DNA from: Mobula birostris
Taxonomy: Eukaryota
Assembly: GCF_030028105.1 (NCBI RefSeq)
Contig: NC_092379.1
Span: 27,211,821-27,275,820, forward strand
Direction: 5' to 3'
DNA length: 64,000 bases
The notes under the pieces were generated by a model. The model was given only the letters and a program-made list of their open reading frames with translations, was not told the DNA's origin and made no database searches. Position 1 is the stretch's first letter. Every line of letters begins with the position of its first letter. Shown in pieces: positions 12,151-26,100 of the stretch. Position numbers and translations under genes: made by a program.

Positions 12151-14153
12151 GGCTGAGTGCAAGCGACTTGATGCTTAATCGCGAAGCCATCGCACACATT
12201 GTCGAAATATCTAATGATTTCGCTTTTTCAATGTAGTGTTCTCGTGCAGTGTGTTGAAACCCTGACTAAGCTCCAAGTTAAACCGGACCCAAAGGACAGA
12301 GTCGTGGTAAGGTTAACCATTTACTGTTCCACATTAGCGTTGTATGGTGAAAATACAAACATATACAGCTTCTGTTTTACTCTGGAGACTACGTGCGATC
12401 TGTTCTTTTAGCGAATGTATCCAGCCGCCCCGAGTAGAGAGTAAAGGGGATCCCGTCAAATCACCGCCGGACTCAAGCCCACCCCGAGTTGTTTCTTTGT
12501 GGGTAGACATGGAGTCTTCACGATCATGCTGCAAGCATTGAACCCACCGTAACACCTTCCGGAACCAGAGGTTACACAGAAGACGCGGCGAAACCGGGGG
12601 TGACGTCATCACATGCCGCATTACCACAGAAAATGAATTTACCTTTGTTATACTGTAACTTAATTAACAACCTTTACCTTTAACTAGAAAATAGTTACAA
12701 ACAAATCATTTAAAGCATAGACCCAACAAAGTCAATTTAATGCCTTAAGGACAACACACATATCGCCTGAACTTTGTAAGGTCACTATAAACATGGTATA
12801 GATGTTTAGTCTCTAGATCAGTCTTTAGGTAGAAGTGGAACAACCTCTGTAACTGGTTTCAGGTTTCCTTTTCAGTGTTAGTTGTAAAGTTGTGAACCGG
12901 TTGACTGCCGGCTCTTTGTTGTTTTGGGAGCGCTGGCATGGTTCTCTGATCGGCAGTGGGACGACCTTGTTGTTCGCTTCGTCTCTAGTGTTCTTTGTGT
13001 TCATTCCTTTTGAGGAGATGGCGTTTTCCACAGATGGAACAAGTTTATTATCGTGCTTAGTGTGAGCGAAGACTGACTGTCCCAGTGTCTTCTCAGTTAC
13101 TGTACTATGCTCGTGCCTTTGTTGTGCTTTCTTGATACACTTAACACCTGTGGAAGGCTGTGAAATTGAATGGCGACCACTTTCTAACACGTTCATCTTA
13201 AGCGTGTTAACTGTCGGTTTGCGTACGTTCCAGGCCACATCGCTCGTATCACCACCCAGCCCAGATCCAGACGTTGGGCGAAAGGGGCGTTGTGTGGTTC
13301 ACTAACCTGCTGCCTGACGTGGTGCATCCTAAGTACGTCTCTTCCGAGAAACAAGAGTATTTCTGCTTCCAGATCCAGTTCTAGGATGTCCTTGACAATG
13401 TGGTGGAGATGGGGCTGGTATAGAACTGCGCTTGGTATCAGAATCTCGCATCGGTCATTTAAGATCGGATTACACTCTAAGCTTGGGGGGGAGACTGATG
13501 ACGACGTTGCCATCCAGCGACTCGAGCTGGAAGCCTTCTGCCTTCCTGCCATATGCTTCTGCGATAACAGAGCAAGTTCTGACGTAAATGGGAATGGATT
13601 ACCCTTTACGCTGAACAACTCGAGGAACTCTGTTCTCACTAGTGAGCGGTTGTTCTGGTCGTCCAAAATTACATAGTCTTTGATGGCCTTGTCTTTTGCC
13701 CTATTAGGGTTTAACTTAGTGAGGCAGATCTTTCAGCACGAACGGCTCGAACGACCCAAACGACCTGGACTGCAAACTTCTGTGCAGCTCGAGCTGACAA
13801 TAATTGTAACAGAGTGATGCTCTCATTCCCCGCCATCCTCTTGTGGGAGCGGAGGAGCCTTGGCAGTTTCGGGTGACGGGCAGGGATGTCTGGCTCCATC
13901 GTGATTAGTGCTTTACATTCCGAGCACTTTACAGGGAACGTGCACTCTTTAGCGAGGTGGGATGTAGAGGAACAACACTTAAAACATTTATTTTCCTTCA
14001 GCAAGGACTTTCTTTCGTAAAAGGTTTGTTTTGGAACATTCTGCATTTTTGAGGGGGTGGAGTTTGTTGTGCAATGGACAATTCTTACTAGGCTCATCGT
14101 TGTTTGCAGAGACTTCGGTTTTATGCACTGAGACTGGTTTATTGATGACAACA
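12151..14153 (-). mobile_element. BEL/Pao LTR retrotransposon fragment (gag zinc knuckle, protease region, pol end, LTR, next gag start), truncated by the duplication junction
   Basis: CFKCCSSTSHLAKEC knuckle, PFAQRLDLGWVVI motif and C-terminal L(K/R)PVTEVVLLL.KD* motif. LTR about 12325-12758. Confidence 0.85.
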
Positions 14154-15947
14154 CAAACTTAACCTGCGTCTGTACAACAACGGCTTGATCTCGCTGAAAC
14201 CATCTGTGTGTAAACGCGATTTTGTCTGCAACTGCAAGTACTAGCAGATCTCTGCAATTATGACAATGCCAATATATCATACACCAGTATTATTCAATCT
14301 TAAATATTCTGGTCCAATCCGATTAAACAGTTTTGTACTGGATCTGCTCTCGTGCCCATTCGGAAAGATAATTCAAGAGCAGTTATGTACACAGAATCCC
14401 TTATTGTTTTACCTGTGTCTTGTATTAACTATCATCTGCTGTAGTATTGTCGATGGAAGTGGAACGTTAAATCAGCTTAAGTGCTCTGACAATTGTGACA
14501 GGAAATGCATCAACTTCGAATAGGTGAACAGATGATTGTTTGTTTGTTTACAAACAGTAAACTTTTGAACAAACATTCCTGTTCCCCGTCACGGACCCTG
14601 AATAGTAAACAAAAAAAAAAAAAAGGAGCATTCAAAATACGCACGTCCTTAAAAGCGCCTGCCGCGTATACCTTTGTTCGACACGGCGGATTTAACATAT
14701 GGAATAAAACGTTGAACTTGAGTGGGTCGTAGCCATTGTGAGCACACAGGCTAGTTGGTCAACGGCAAATCACTAATTTCGGTGTTATTATTTGGAGAAG
14801 TTTAATGAATGAGTATTTATGCAACAGGACTCGTAGAATTCATGTTCTAAGCTGTTTACCCCGAGTCAACAGAGTTTCATTGTTATGTGTGCAGGCGCAA
14901 TAAAGTGCGAGCTTCGATTATTCACGAGTTGCGTTGTGAATTTCCCCACCTATCCGCTGACGAACGGTGAACACCTTCCCAAGCATTATGTGCAGCTTTG
15001 ACTTAATCAGAGGAAGGGGGGAGCACGGCACTTGCAAATGCTATGTTACATACCCAAAGTATAAGAGACAGGATATCACGGAAATGTTCAATAAGCAATG
15101 CAGCTGCACCTTCTAAGTTAACCAAGTCGAAGGGCAGCGCCTTTCACAATTAGAATATGGCACACAGGACAGCAGTACATCAACACTTACTGTGGGAGGG
15201 ACATTTTATCCTGGGTATGTTGTTGTGTGGATATCTCCCATTTTTCCAATCTTTATTACCGATTTAAAGTTATTTAATATCCCGAGATTTAGTTTATTTG
15301 CTATTTATGTACATTTATTTCATTCTGATCTATATATCATCGAGCTTATGTTGAGAATCTGGAAATTAATATTGCAGGAGTATGAGTCCGCTCTCAGTAG
15401 TGACAAGTATCTGAAGACAGAGGTACCGGAATATTACCGATTTTAACTCGCAGTTAACTGCATTAACCCAGTATGAAGGTGAGGTATTTTGAAAGCGCAG
15501 CATAGTTTTTGATTAAAACGGACCAGCTGAAAGTTTATGCTTAGTGAATTAATTGTGTGACTCCACACACGGCTTGTATAGAAAACAATGTGTTTTAGAT
15601 ATATGATTCTGAGTAACTGACGGTTAAATATATCTGATTGGGTATGAGTTTGCAGCATCAAATTTCGAAAGGTGGCTAAATTCAGATTAATAATTAAAAT
15701 GGCCTTCCTATATTAGCAGAAGACATAGTGTAGTCGAATACACGTTGTAGAAACAAAAGGGCAGACGTATTACAAGCACAAGCGGAAAGACCTGCAACAT
15801 AACAGTGAATCAATAGAATAATTAGACACTGCCGATAAATATAAAGGTAGTATATGATGACCTATCGGTACTTTGATATCAAATATACTTTTAACATAAC
15901 AGTTGGAACAACTAGGAGCATGCCGAACAGTTACTCAGTGCAATATA

Positions 15948-17569
15948 GCATGGCGTGCAAACGCTTGGCCACCCCTGGTCAAAATTTCGGTTAGTGTGAA
16001 CAGCTAACCTAGCACAAGATGCCCTGATTTCCAAAAGGCATAAAGGTAATGATCGCCCATTTCTGTAATATTTTAAGCAAGATTACTTTTTATTTTCCAT
16101 TTTTTACATTCCAAATAACAGAAAAGGAATAGGGCACGAAAGGTTTGGGAACACTGCATGTTCAGTACTTAGTAACACCCCCTTTCGCAAGTATCACAGC
16201 TTGCAAATACGTATTGTAGCCTGCTAAGTGTATTTCAATTCGTGTGTAGGGAGTTTCCGCCCATTTTTCCTTGTAAAAGTCCTATAGTTATGTCAGATTT
16301 TTGGGCCGTCTTGCACGCACTGTTCTTTTGAGGCCTATCCACAGATATTCGATTATGTTTAGGTCGGGGGACTGTGAAGGCCATGGCAGGACCTTCAGTT
16401 TGCGCCTCCTCAAGTAGTCCATTGTGGATTTTGAGGTGTGTTTACGGTCATTACGCTGTTGTGGAAGCCATCCTCATTTCAGCTTCAGCTTTTTTTTACA
16501 GACAGTGTGATGCTTGCTTTCAGAATTATCTGGTATTGAATTGAATTCATTCTTCCCTACCAGTGAAATGTTCCTCGTGCCACTGGCTGCAACTTAAGCC
16601 CAAAGCATGATCGATCCACCCCACTGCTTAACAGTTGCAGAGGTGTTATTTTTTATGGAATTCTGCACCTTTTCTTTTTCTCCAAACGTATCTGTGCTCA
16701 TTGCGGCCAAATTATTCTACTTGAACTTCATCAGTCCACGGAACTGATTTTCAAAATGCTTCAGGCTTGTTCAGATGTTTCTTTGCAAACTTCTGATGCT
16801 GAATTTTCTGATGGGGAGGCAGCAAAGATTTTCTTCTGATGACTTTTCGATTAAGGTCATATTTGTTCAGGTGCGGCTGCACAGTAGAAGAGTGCTCCAC
16901 TACTTCAGAGTCGGCTAAATCTTCCTGAAGGTCCTTTGCAGTCAAACGGTAGTTTTGATTTGCCTTTCTAGCAATTCTACGAGCCACTCGCCAGGGGGAA
17001 AAAATAATCTCGGACTTCCAGACCTCAACACGACCTCCACCGTTCTGTTAACTGCAATTTGTTAAGTACATTACGAACTGAGGAAACGTCTACCTGAAAA
17101 TGCTTTGCTATCTTCATACAGCCATCTCCTGCTTTGTGGGCATCAATTATTTTAATTTTCAGAGTGCTAGGCAGCTGCTTAGAGTAGCCCATGACTGATG
17201 ATTGTTGGGACAAGGTTAGAGGAGTCATCAGTTTATGAAGCTTTGAAATTTGCATTACATTGCCTTTTCTAACGATGATTGTGAACAAATTATTGCCCTA
17301 ACATGCTAATTAATGCCTGAGACCTTGATAAAAGTTATCTGAGAGCTCAAATCTCTTAGGGTGCCCAAACGTTTGCATGGTGTTCCTTTCCTTCTTTTCT
17401 CTCTCTCCAAAATTGTAAAAAGCAAAAATAATACTTGTTTAAAATGTTGAAAAAAAATGTTGCATCTTTAACTTTATGACTTTTGGAAATTAGTTCATCT
17501 TCTGCTCACTTAACTATTCACAGTAGCATATAATTTGCCCTGCGGTGCCCAAACTTTTGCATACTACTG
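15948..17569 (-). mobile_element. Tc1/mariner transposon, duplicate copy
   Basis: Same element as 4958-6579 at offset 10990, with ORF fragments 16751-16987 and 17025-17288. Confidence 0.9.
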
Positions 17570-17949
17570 TATCTCAGAATTTTACTTCCTAACTGCGGTC
17601 AAAATCAGGAAGCCTTGAAACTGCGAATAGGAAATTGTTGTCAGATTTGGGATCAGCGATATCAAACGTAGAGGTCGTGGTATCTGTTGCTTTCAAAGAG
17701 GGTTGAAACTTGGCAATCATCAATCTTGTAATGGTCAGAAACCTAGTTGAATGGAAGCCACCAAGTTAAATTGATGGACCTTTGAATGATCAGTGAAGGA
17801 AGGAATATGAAGAAGTGCACATAACAGAAGATCAGTCGTACGGCAAAGAAAAACAAGCATAAAAAGCAAACAATAAAAAAGCGCACACGGATTCAGATGA
17901 GAGTGCACACAATAAGCACGAGAAATCTTGACCAATACACGGAAAGTAA

Positions 17950-18390
17950 TAGATAATTTAACATGACAGGGAGGATCTCAGGAGGGGTAGGAATTTTGAC
18001 GTTCCGGATCGAAAGGCTTCAACAAGTCTGTAAAGAGGAGACGTAAAATGGCATAAGCAGTTTGGTAGTGGAATGGACTGCACACCTGCAGTCGATAGAT
18101 TGAAAAGGTGAGGGAACGTCTTGTCTGTATGGGTGACATCAATATTTCTGAAGCTGGAAATGGAACAGTCACTGGGGTGAAGATGAAAGGGTATCACTGG
18201 AGAGAGCAATAGAGTGAATAAGAGAGTCGGGAACCATATGCTTGTGACAGATAATTCAAGTTTTGTAGAAGGGAAGACAAGTGGTGAGAGGACCATCAGG
18301 TGGTAGAAAGAATAGAGCTGAAGGTGGCAATGTGACGCGGTCACCAGTAGAAATGGATGATTACAGCTGTCTCCAAAGTGATCCATCAAT
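17950..18390 (-). mobile_element. L2-type LINE remnant, duplicate copy
   Basis: Copy of 6960-7400 within duplication unit 2. Confidence 0.55.
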
Positions 18391-18692
18391 CATGTTCCGA
18401 TCGCCTGATGAGGATCAGAAATTAACAAAGTTATGGGATATTACAGACTTCTAAAAACGAAACTAATAACTTAAAAAAAAAATATGCGCGACTGTGAAGG
18501 TCCCACTACAAAACATCTGTGCGAAATAAGGCAGGTCATCAATGCAACAGTCTAAAGTCAGGTAGATTCAGGAAATCCATACCATCGCTTAGGGAAGTGG
18601 AGTTATGGATTAACACGTTGCATCGGTCCCTGAAAGGGCGTCATTAAAGTGTGACTTGCTGACTGGTGATGTAACCATTCCCAGAATGCCAT

Positions 18693-18816
18693 CACGAGGA
18701 AATCTGCAGATGCAGCAATTTCATGCAACACATATAAAGGTTGTTGGTGAACGCAGCAGGCCAGGCAGCATCTCTAGGAAGAGGTACAGTCGATGTTTAG
18801 GGCTGAGACCCTTTGT
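18693..18816. mobile_element. Short Penelope-like fragment, duplicate copy
   Basis: Copy of 7703-7826 with the same CAGAATGCCAT flanks. Confidence 0.65.
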
Positions 18817-21260
18817 CAGAATGCCATGACTGTTTTATTCAGGGTGGGGAGGCAGAGGGTTTGTCAGAAAGACTTTGGTGCTACTCCGCGCCCTGTTCCC
18901 TCAGAGAACAGACACATTAAAAGTTAGTCCTCAGTGGAGATGCTGTCTGTACAATGATTGCCATCGGTCCCATTTAGCGTTGTGTTGAATCGGAGTTTAA
19001 TTGTTTTGCATTCGCCACTTAAAACTGTCCGTCAAATGAAAATGAATAGCGTGAATGGATAAACGAGAACTGAGTTGTTTATCTACACGCGCCGTGTTAA
19101 AATAGGGGAAAATGAAACTATTGTCTTCTATTTGCTATTCGTTTTCAGCAATTTTGTCAATACATCGATATTTTTCCAGCGCATGTTGATGAGCAGAAGA
19201 GTTTCATTGTTTTTGGTTTTTTTTATGTTCTATAAGTCCCGAGACGTGAATCGTTTTAGCCTCTCTGGAGTACAATGAAATCTCAGTATTGATGCCTAAT
19301 TAGTGATTCGTCTTCTGGACGATCCTTTCAGATCTCTTTCTTTCATTGAAAATCCATTCCGATTAATCGATGCACCTCGTAGTTTTAACTCCAGACGACT
19401 CATAATTTACAATCCCAATCAACTTTCTAAACGATACAACTTTGAACTCTGGGTTGGACGCAGAAGCGTCCGCAGAATGCCGACGCATTCCATGGGGAAT
19501 ACGTGGTGATAATTTGCAGTTGACCTCGGAAATAAACTCCGTAGCCTGAGGTCCCGAGCTGTAAAACCGTCGTGTAAAAGCAACGCTGTTGTGGGCTTCT
19601 TAACAATGGAGACTCAGATCATTACGGCACAGATACAAGGGAAGTAGAGTCATGTAAACGGTACCAAACTTTTAATCTGACCGGTCAATCGATATATATC
19701 TGGTCCATGTATTTTTGCAGACTTCTATAAAACGCTAAAATAGAGACCTCTTTGTGGAGATATCGCATATTTCTGGAAATACATCAATGCCCCAGCGGGA
19801 TAGACAATGACGTTATGCATTATTGCCTGATATTCTAATACAAGATAGAAAATAGGTTAATGTGGCGCAAGTATCTACTCCCCTCTTGTGACTTCATTCT
19901 AATGTAGTAGTTGTGGGAAGAATGAGGTTCTTTTGGATTTGATATGCATAGCAAACTCAACGGAACCTCATGCGTTCTATACTGTATATGGCGATCACAA
20001 AACAAAAAGAATGCTTTTAACATCTGTTGCTTTAGGCATTGAGATATCTGAAGACGTTGTTTTAGTTGCCACTCTGTTCATCTCATCCGGCACCTGAAGA
20101 CCGGTAATTCACAATCCACAATAAGACATGAGTATATTTGCCTGCCGTCAGGTGCACAGTCTCAACAAGCACAATCACATAAGTACCAGTATATTCAGTC
20201 TGCTCTTCCGGTATTGGCATGAGCAGTGAAACCTCTGTTCCACCAGGTCACAAGATGACAAGGGAGAACACTGAACTCGTATTATTTCACAGTTCGCGAT
20301 ATTCCTGTCATGTCCTCGAAATGTCAGTGGCTTTGTACGTCTTTGAGATATTTCCTAAGCAGTCTGAGCAGGGAAGTGGGAAACCAGTTGGAACATTGAT
20401 CACTTTATTGTAGACAAATGCAGAAAAAAACAATAGAGAACTAATGAGAGCAGGTCATAGTTTTAAACTGACAGGGCGCAGACTACGCAAGATTCTGATT
20501 GTTCTCTTATTTCTGAGTTATAAGTTTTGACGTAGCTCACGACAGTTTGCTTTCAATCTAGAAACCAAATTGCAGTAGTTGCATTTTCAGAGCCACACGA
20601 ACGAAGCAATAATCAAATATTGTGCGTGCCTTGTGTTCCCTTCAGTCCAATAAGGAGGTGTACATCTTATCATTGGTCCAACAATTTACTTGTACGGCAT
20701 TGCAAACCAAGCATGGGAATTTTTGTTGAAAAGCCAGGTTAGTCGTAACTATAGAATCACTAAATATTGCATATGCATTAGTCTGTCCTATCTATTGAGG
20801 CAAGTTCGCACGCACCAATGAGATACACGTTTTTTTTTTTTTTGCATGACAATATTGCGATACATGCAATCAGATTAGCAATGAAACATCCTCAAACATA
20901 TGTCAAAATTTCCTCAGCTCCCTTTGCTATGCAAAAGGACAAAGTGAGAATGATGTTTTGGCATGTTATTAGATAATATGAGTGACAGCTTACTGTTCAT
21001 TGTTAACCATTGCTTGAAACAGTACATTGAACGTACGCCGATCTAAACTTTCAGTGTTGTTTTGCATTTCCAGCTGGTATCCATCGGGATTACGCCCTCT
21101 GATCAAGCACCTTTCAACAAAGTCTTGGCACTCACTCGTTCAGATCACTGGACCCATTACACTCATAGAGTGAGGTTCGTTGCACTGCGTTGAATTCTTT
21201 GCTGTCATTGATGCCTACGTGTGTCGCTTCCTGACATCAAGTGGTATTAAAGAAGGTATT

Positions 21261-22698
21261 TGTCATGGTCCGGTCCGTAAAGTCCGCGTTCCGATTCTCG
21301 GTCAGGTCCGTGCACACGGGGCACAAGGTCTTCCGGTTGTTCCTCGCTTCAGTTGGGCTTAATCATAGGTACATGATGCTCGAATTGGGGCTTGGAATAT
21401 ACGTGGCCCTGGGTTCGAGTGTGGTTGCTGATTCATCTCGACAGTATCCCGTCCTCGTCTCTGCAGGGTAAGTCAGTCCGTCTTTATCGTTACCCTGCGA
21501 TTGTATCTCTTCCTTCCCGTCATTGCCTCCGTTGTGTAAGCCAGGTACTCTTTGTCTTTACCCCGAAGCTGGACTGTTCCCTTCCCTCCCCCTGCCTTCT
21601 GAAGCCTTTCCTGCAACCTGTGGCTGGAGCCCTGCCTGTAACCTATGTCCGGTGCCCTGCCTGTAACCTGCGTTTGGAGCCCTGTCTGCAAACCGTAACT
21701 GGAGCCCTGCCAGCAATCTGGTCAAGTTCAGCCACCGGAACGAGACCGGAGCCTTGTTCTATCAAGAAAAGGAACTAACTGTCTGGTGGTCTGCCGTTAC
21801 CCAGATTTCGGAACTGTTTCTGTGTCCACGCCTTCGCGACGTAGTTCATGGGGTTTGCGGCTAACTTGTGTGGGGAACCATCTCGTCGTGTTCTGCATTC
21901 TGTGCAGACCTCCGGCCTCATGTCCTCTTCCCAAGATGGGTTCCCGGCTCTGTGTTCCATGTACCTGTGTTCCTTTCTGTTAAGTCCAAGGCTCCGTGCA
22001 ACCGTGCTCAAGAACAAGGCTCCGTTTTCTGCGTTCCTGTCGTCCCAAGTCCAAGGTTCCGAGGTTACTGTCTTCCCAAGTCCAAGACTCGGCTGTTCCT
22101 GAGTACCAAGTCAAGGCCTTAAGTTTTTGTCCTGTCCATTTGCCTCGTCCTGTCCATGTGTCTTGTCCTGTCCTGGAGTTCCCTCGTCCTGCCCAGGTGT
22201 CTTTCGTACTGTCCTATAGCCTCGCCTAGTCCTCTCTCCTAAGACCACGTCATCCCTTCGCCTAGTTCCGGAGTCCGAGCACTAGTCAAGGCCCAGGTTA
22301 TTGGTCCTTGTCCTGTCTCTGGCTCGGAGTCCGAACCCAAGCCTCGTCATGTCCTCGCCTCGAAGATCCCAAGCCATGACGAAACCAAGCCATGAGGAAC
22401 CCCAGCCATGAAACAAAATAATGAAGCTATGTCCAGTTCTATACCTACATCATGTCCTCGTCTAGTTCCGGTGTCCGAGCCCCATTCAAGTCCCACCTTT
22501 GGGGCCTTATACAGTATCTGGCTCGTGGTCCAAGCCCAGGCTCCTACTTCCCAGTTCCTGGTCCTGGTCCCGCTTGCCTAGACAATGTCCAAGCTCAAGT
22601 TAATGCTCTTGTCCCAGTTCTCCAGTCAAGTCCTGTTCCTAGTACTTCAGTGCCTGTGTCTTGCATTTGGGCCCGCTCCCAGCTTCCCGGCTATGACA
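21261..22698. mobile_element. Solo LTR, duplicate copy
   Basis: TGTCA...TGACA with GTATT TSD (21256-21260, 22699-22703). Confidence 0.88.
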
Positions 22699-23173
22699 GT
22701 ATTAATCCTTGACAGACTTCAGGCCGCCGCTAGTATTATGAAAACATGAAAAAAAAACAGTAGAACTATGTTATACCACGACACTTTATTATTCCACGTC
22801 TCAAAAAACCTCCCATTAACAACCGAGGCTGCTGAATGTGCGAGGAATAAGAATATTAATGTGATTACAACATTTTTTAGAATTGTGTTTTGTTAGTATT
22901 GCAGCGCGAACACAGCGAAGTGCAGACACTTCAGCTTACAACACTTGAAATCAGATAGCTGTTTATTAACGTAATTGAAATATCCATGGTTGGAGTACAA
23001 TGAATCTACATAAATATTTCATAAGTCTGTTATATACAACGTGACAGCGACTCTGAGATGTATATCTACCAAGAGCGTGGAATTTAACAAATCCGCCGAC
23101 ACTTGTGGTTTTATTGTGGCAGGAAGAAAGCACGACAGCTGGGATATGACGTCTCTGCATAAAGGGATTCACA

Positions 23174-26100
23174 GCGCTGAGTGCAAGCGACTTGATGCTT
23201 AATCGCGAAGCCATCGCACACATTGTCGAAATATCTAATGATTTCGCTTTTTCAATGTAGTGTTCTCGTGCAGTGTGTTGAAACCCTGACTAAGCTCCAA
23301 GTTAAACCGGACCCAGTGAGGACAGAGTCGTGGTAAGGTTAACAATTTACTGTTCCACATTAGCGTAGTATGGTGAAAATACAAACATATACAGCTTCTG
23401 TTTTATTCTGGAGATTCCGTGCGATCTGTTCTTTTAGCGAATGTATCCAGCCGCCCCGAGTAGAGAGTAAAGGGGATCCCGTCAAATCACCGCCGGACTC
23501 AAGCCCACCCCGAGTTGTTTCTTTGTGGGTAGACATGGAGTCTTCACGATCATGCTGCAAGCATTGAACCCACCGTAACACCTTCCCGAACCAGACGTTA
23601 CACAGAAGACGCGGCGAAACCGGGGGTGACGTCATCACATGCCGCATTACCACAGAAAATGAATTTACCTTTGTTATACTGTAACTTAATTAACAACCTT
23701 TACCGTTAACTAGAAAATAGTTACAAACAAATCATTTAAAGCATAGACCCAACAAAGTCAATTTAATGCCTTAAGGACACACACATATCGCCTGAACTGT
23801 GTAAGGTCACTATAAACATGGTATAGATGTTTAGTCTCTAGATCAGTCTTTAGGTAGAAGTAGAACAACCTCTGTAACTGGTTTCAGGTTTCCTTTTCAG
23901 TGTTAGTTGTAAAGTTGTGAACCGGTTGACTGCCGGCTCTTTGTTGTTTGGGGAGCGCTGGCATGGTTCTCTGATCGGTAGTGGGACGACCTTGTTGTTC
24001 GCTTCGTCTCCAGTGTTCTTTGTGTTCATTCCTTTTGAGGAGATGGCGTTTTCCACAGATGGAACAAGTTTATTATCGTGCTTAGTGTGAGCGAAGACTG
24101 ACTGTCCCAGTGTCTTCTCAGTTACTGTACTATGCTCGTGCCTTTGTTGTGCTTTCTTGATACACTTAACACCTGTGGAAGGCTGAGAAATTGAATGGCG
24201 ACCACTTTCTAGAACGTTAATCTTAAGCGTGTTAACTGTCGGTTTGCGTACGTTCCAGGCCACATCGCTCGTATCACCACCCAGCCCAGATCCAGACGTT
24301 GGGCGAAAGGGGCGTTGTGTGGTTCACTAACCTGCTGCCTGACTTTGTGCATCCTAAGTACGTCTCTTCCGAGTAACAAGAGTATTTCTGCTTCCAGATC
24401 CAGTTCTAGGATGTCCCTGACAATGTGGTGGAGATGGGGCTGGTATAGAACTGCGCTTGGTATCAGAATCTCGGATCAGTCATTTAAGATCGGATTACAC
24501 TCTAAGCTTGGGGGGAGACTGATGACGACGTTGCCATCCAGCGACTCGAGCTGGAAGCCTTCTGCCTTCCTGCCATATGCTTCTGCGATAACAGAGCAAG
24601 TTCTGACGTAAATGGGAATGGATTACCCTTTACGCTGAACAACTCGAGGAACTCTGTTCTCACTAGTGAGCGGTTGTTCTGGTCGTCCAAAATTACATAG
24701 TCTTTGATGGCCTTGTCTTTTGCCCAATTAGGGTTTAACTTAGTGAGGCAGATCTTTAAGCACGAACGGCTCGAACGACCCGAACGAACTGGACTGCAAA
24801 CTTCTGTGCAGCTCGAGCTGACAATAATTGTAACAGAGTGATGCTCTCATTCCCCGCCATCCTCTTGTGGGAGCGGAGAGCCTTGGCAGTTTCGGGTGAC
24901 GGGCAGGGATGTCTGGCTCCATCGTGATTAGTGCTTTACATTCCGAGCACTTTACAGGGAACGTGCACTCTTTAGCGAGGTGGGATGTAGAGGAACAACA
25001 CTTAAAACATTTATTTTCCTTGAGCAAGGCCTTTCTTTCGTAAAAGGTTTGTTTTGGAACATTCTGCATTTTTGAGGGGTTGGGGTTTGTTGTGCAATGG
25101 ACAATTCTTACTAGGCTCATCGTTGTTTGCAGAGACTTCGGTTTTATGCACTGAGACTGGTTTATTGATGACAACATTGTTCGAAATGGGTTTGACTGGG
25201 TTAGTGTGCATTGGGGTGCTGCCTTGATTCATGAAGCTCGGGTCGTTTCGACTCTTCGCCTCCTTGCATACAAACCTACCAAAATACTCAAAGAGAGGTA
25301 TTCGACTACCATTCTCTTCCGTGTACTCTGAGACAATAGACACCCGCCTTTCCTGCAGCCCAAATGGAAGGTTGTCCACAATTGCTCCATCTCTCTGTGA
25401 GGTATCCAGATACCAAAAGTCAGTTAAATAGCCGTCTTCATTAGCACCTTCTATCTCCATGAGTGAATCTCCGAGTTCTCGTATTTAGTGTGGTCGTTGG
25501 CTAACACCTAGGAAAAATTTCCAGCCGTTCAAATATCGCCCTCTCAATAATTTCAGGGTCCGCATAGCACCCCCGCAATCTCTCTCATGCTTTCTGTAAT
25601 GCTAGCTTGTGGTTGCTGACGTACACTGAGCGTATGCATTTCACCAGTTCACTTGATTCCTTTCCAGCCATTTAGTCATAAGGTCCAACTCTTGGGTTGC
25701 TGTGACCTCCATTCCGCCGGTGCACTGGTGAAAGAGGAATACCGCGCATGGTAATTTTCTGGCTTATTGTCAAATGGTACAGTCCTCGATTGACGTGGTC
25801 TCGTCGAGCGAGGTACTGTACCAAGGGTTCTGCTGTAGGTGGTGTGCCAGCTGGGGGAATATGTTGGGGAACATATGACTGAGTGTGTACGTTCATGATG
25901 GGATTTGATGTGTTGACTACAGCCTTTGTCTCTGATCTCGCCGGATCTTCGAGATTTGTTTTCAGGAAGTATTCGTAGCCATCCCTTTCATACTTGACTG
26001 TATGGCAAGGTTGCAACTGTGAGTTGTCTTCCCCAGATGTATGCGATGCAACGAAGCTTCCCTGTGATTTTACATGAGATGGGACGACAACAGGCAATCT

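Larger units (their letters stand above)
2886..14150 (+). repeat. Tandem segmental duplication, unit 1 (11265 bp)
   Basis: Colinear and near-identical to 14151-25173. Every feature (Tc1, L2, Penelope fragment, solo LTR, BEL) and most ORF-track entries recur at offsets of about 11.0-11.27 kb. Confidence 0.95.
14151..25173 (+). repeat. Tandem segmental duplication, unit 2 (11023 bp)
   Basis: Starts with an exact copy of the V1 RSS spacer (acacaaacttaacctgcgtctgt). Differs from unit 1 by scattered substitutions, lacks 267 bp (unit 1 4581-4847) and has an extra 32 bp (19958-19989). Confidence 0.95.

Noticed and set aside
14144-14160. Duplication junction as a RAG-generated joint
   Set aside because: RAG cuts 5' of the heptamer, whereas this break removes the heptamer and shows microhomology instead.
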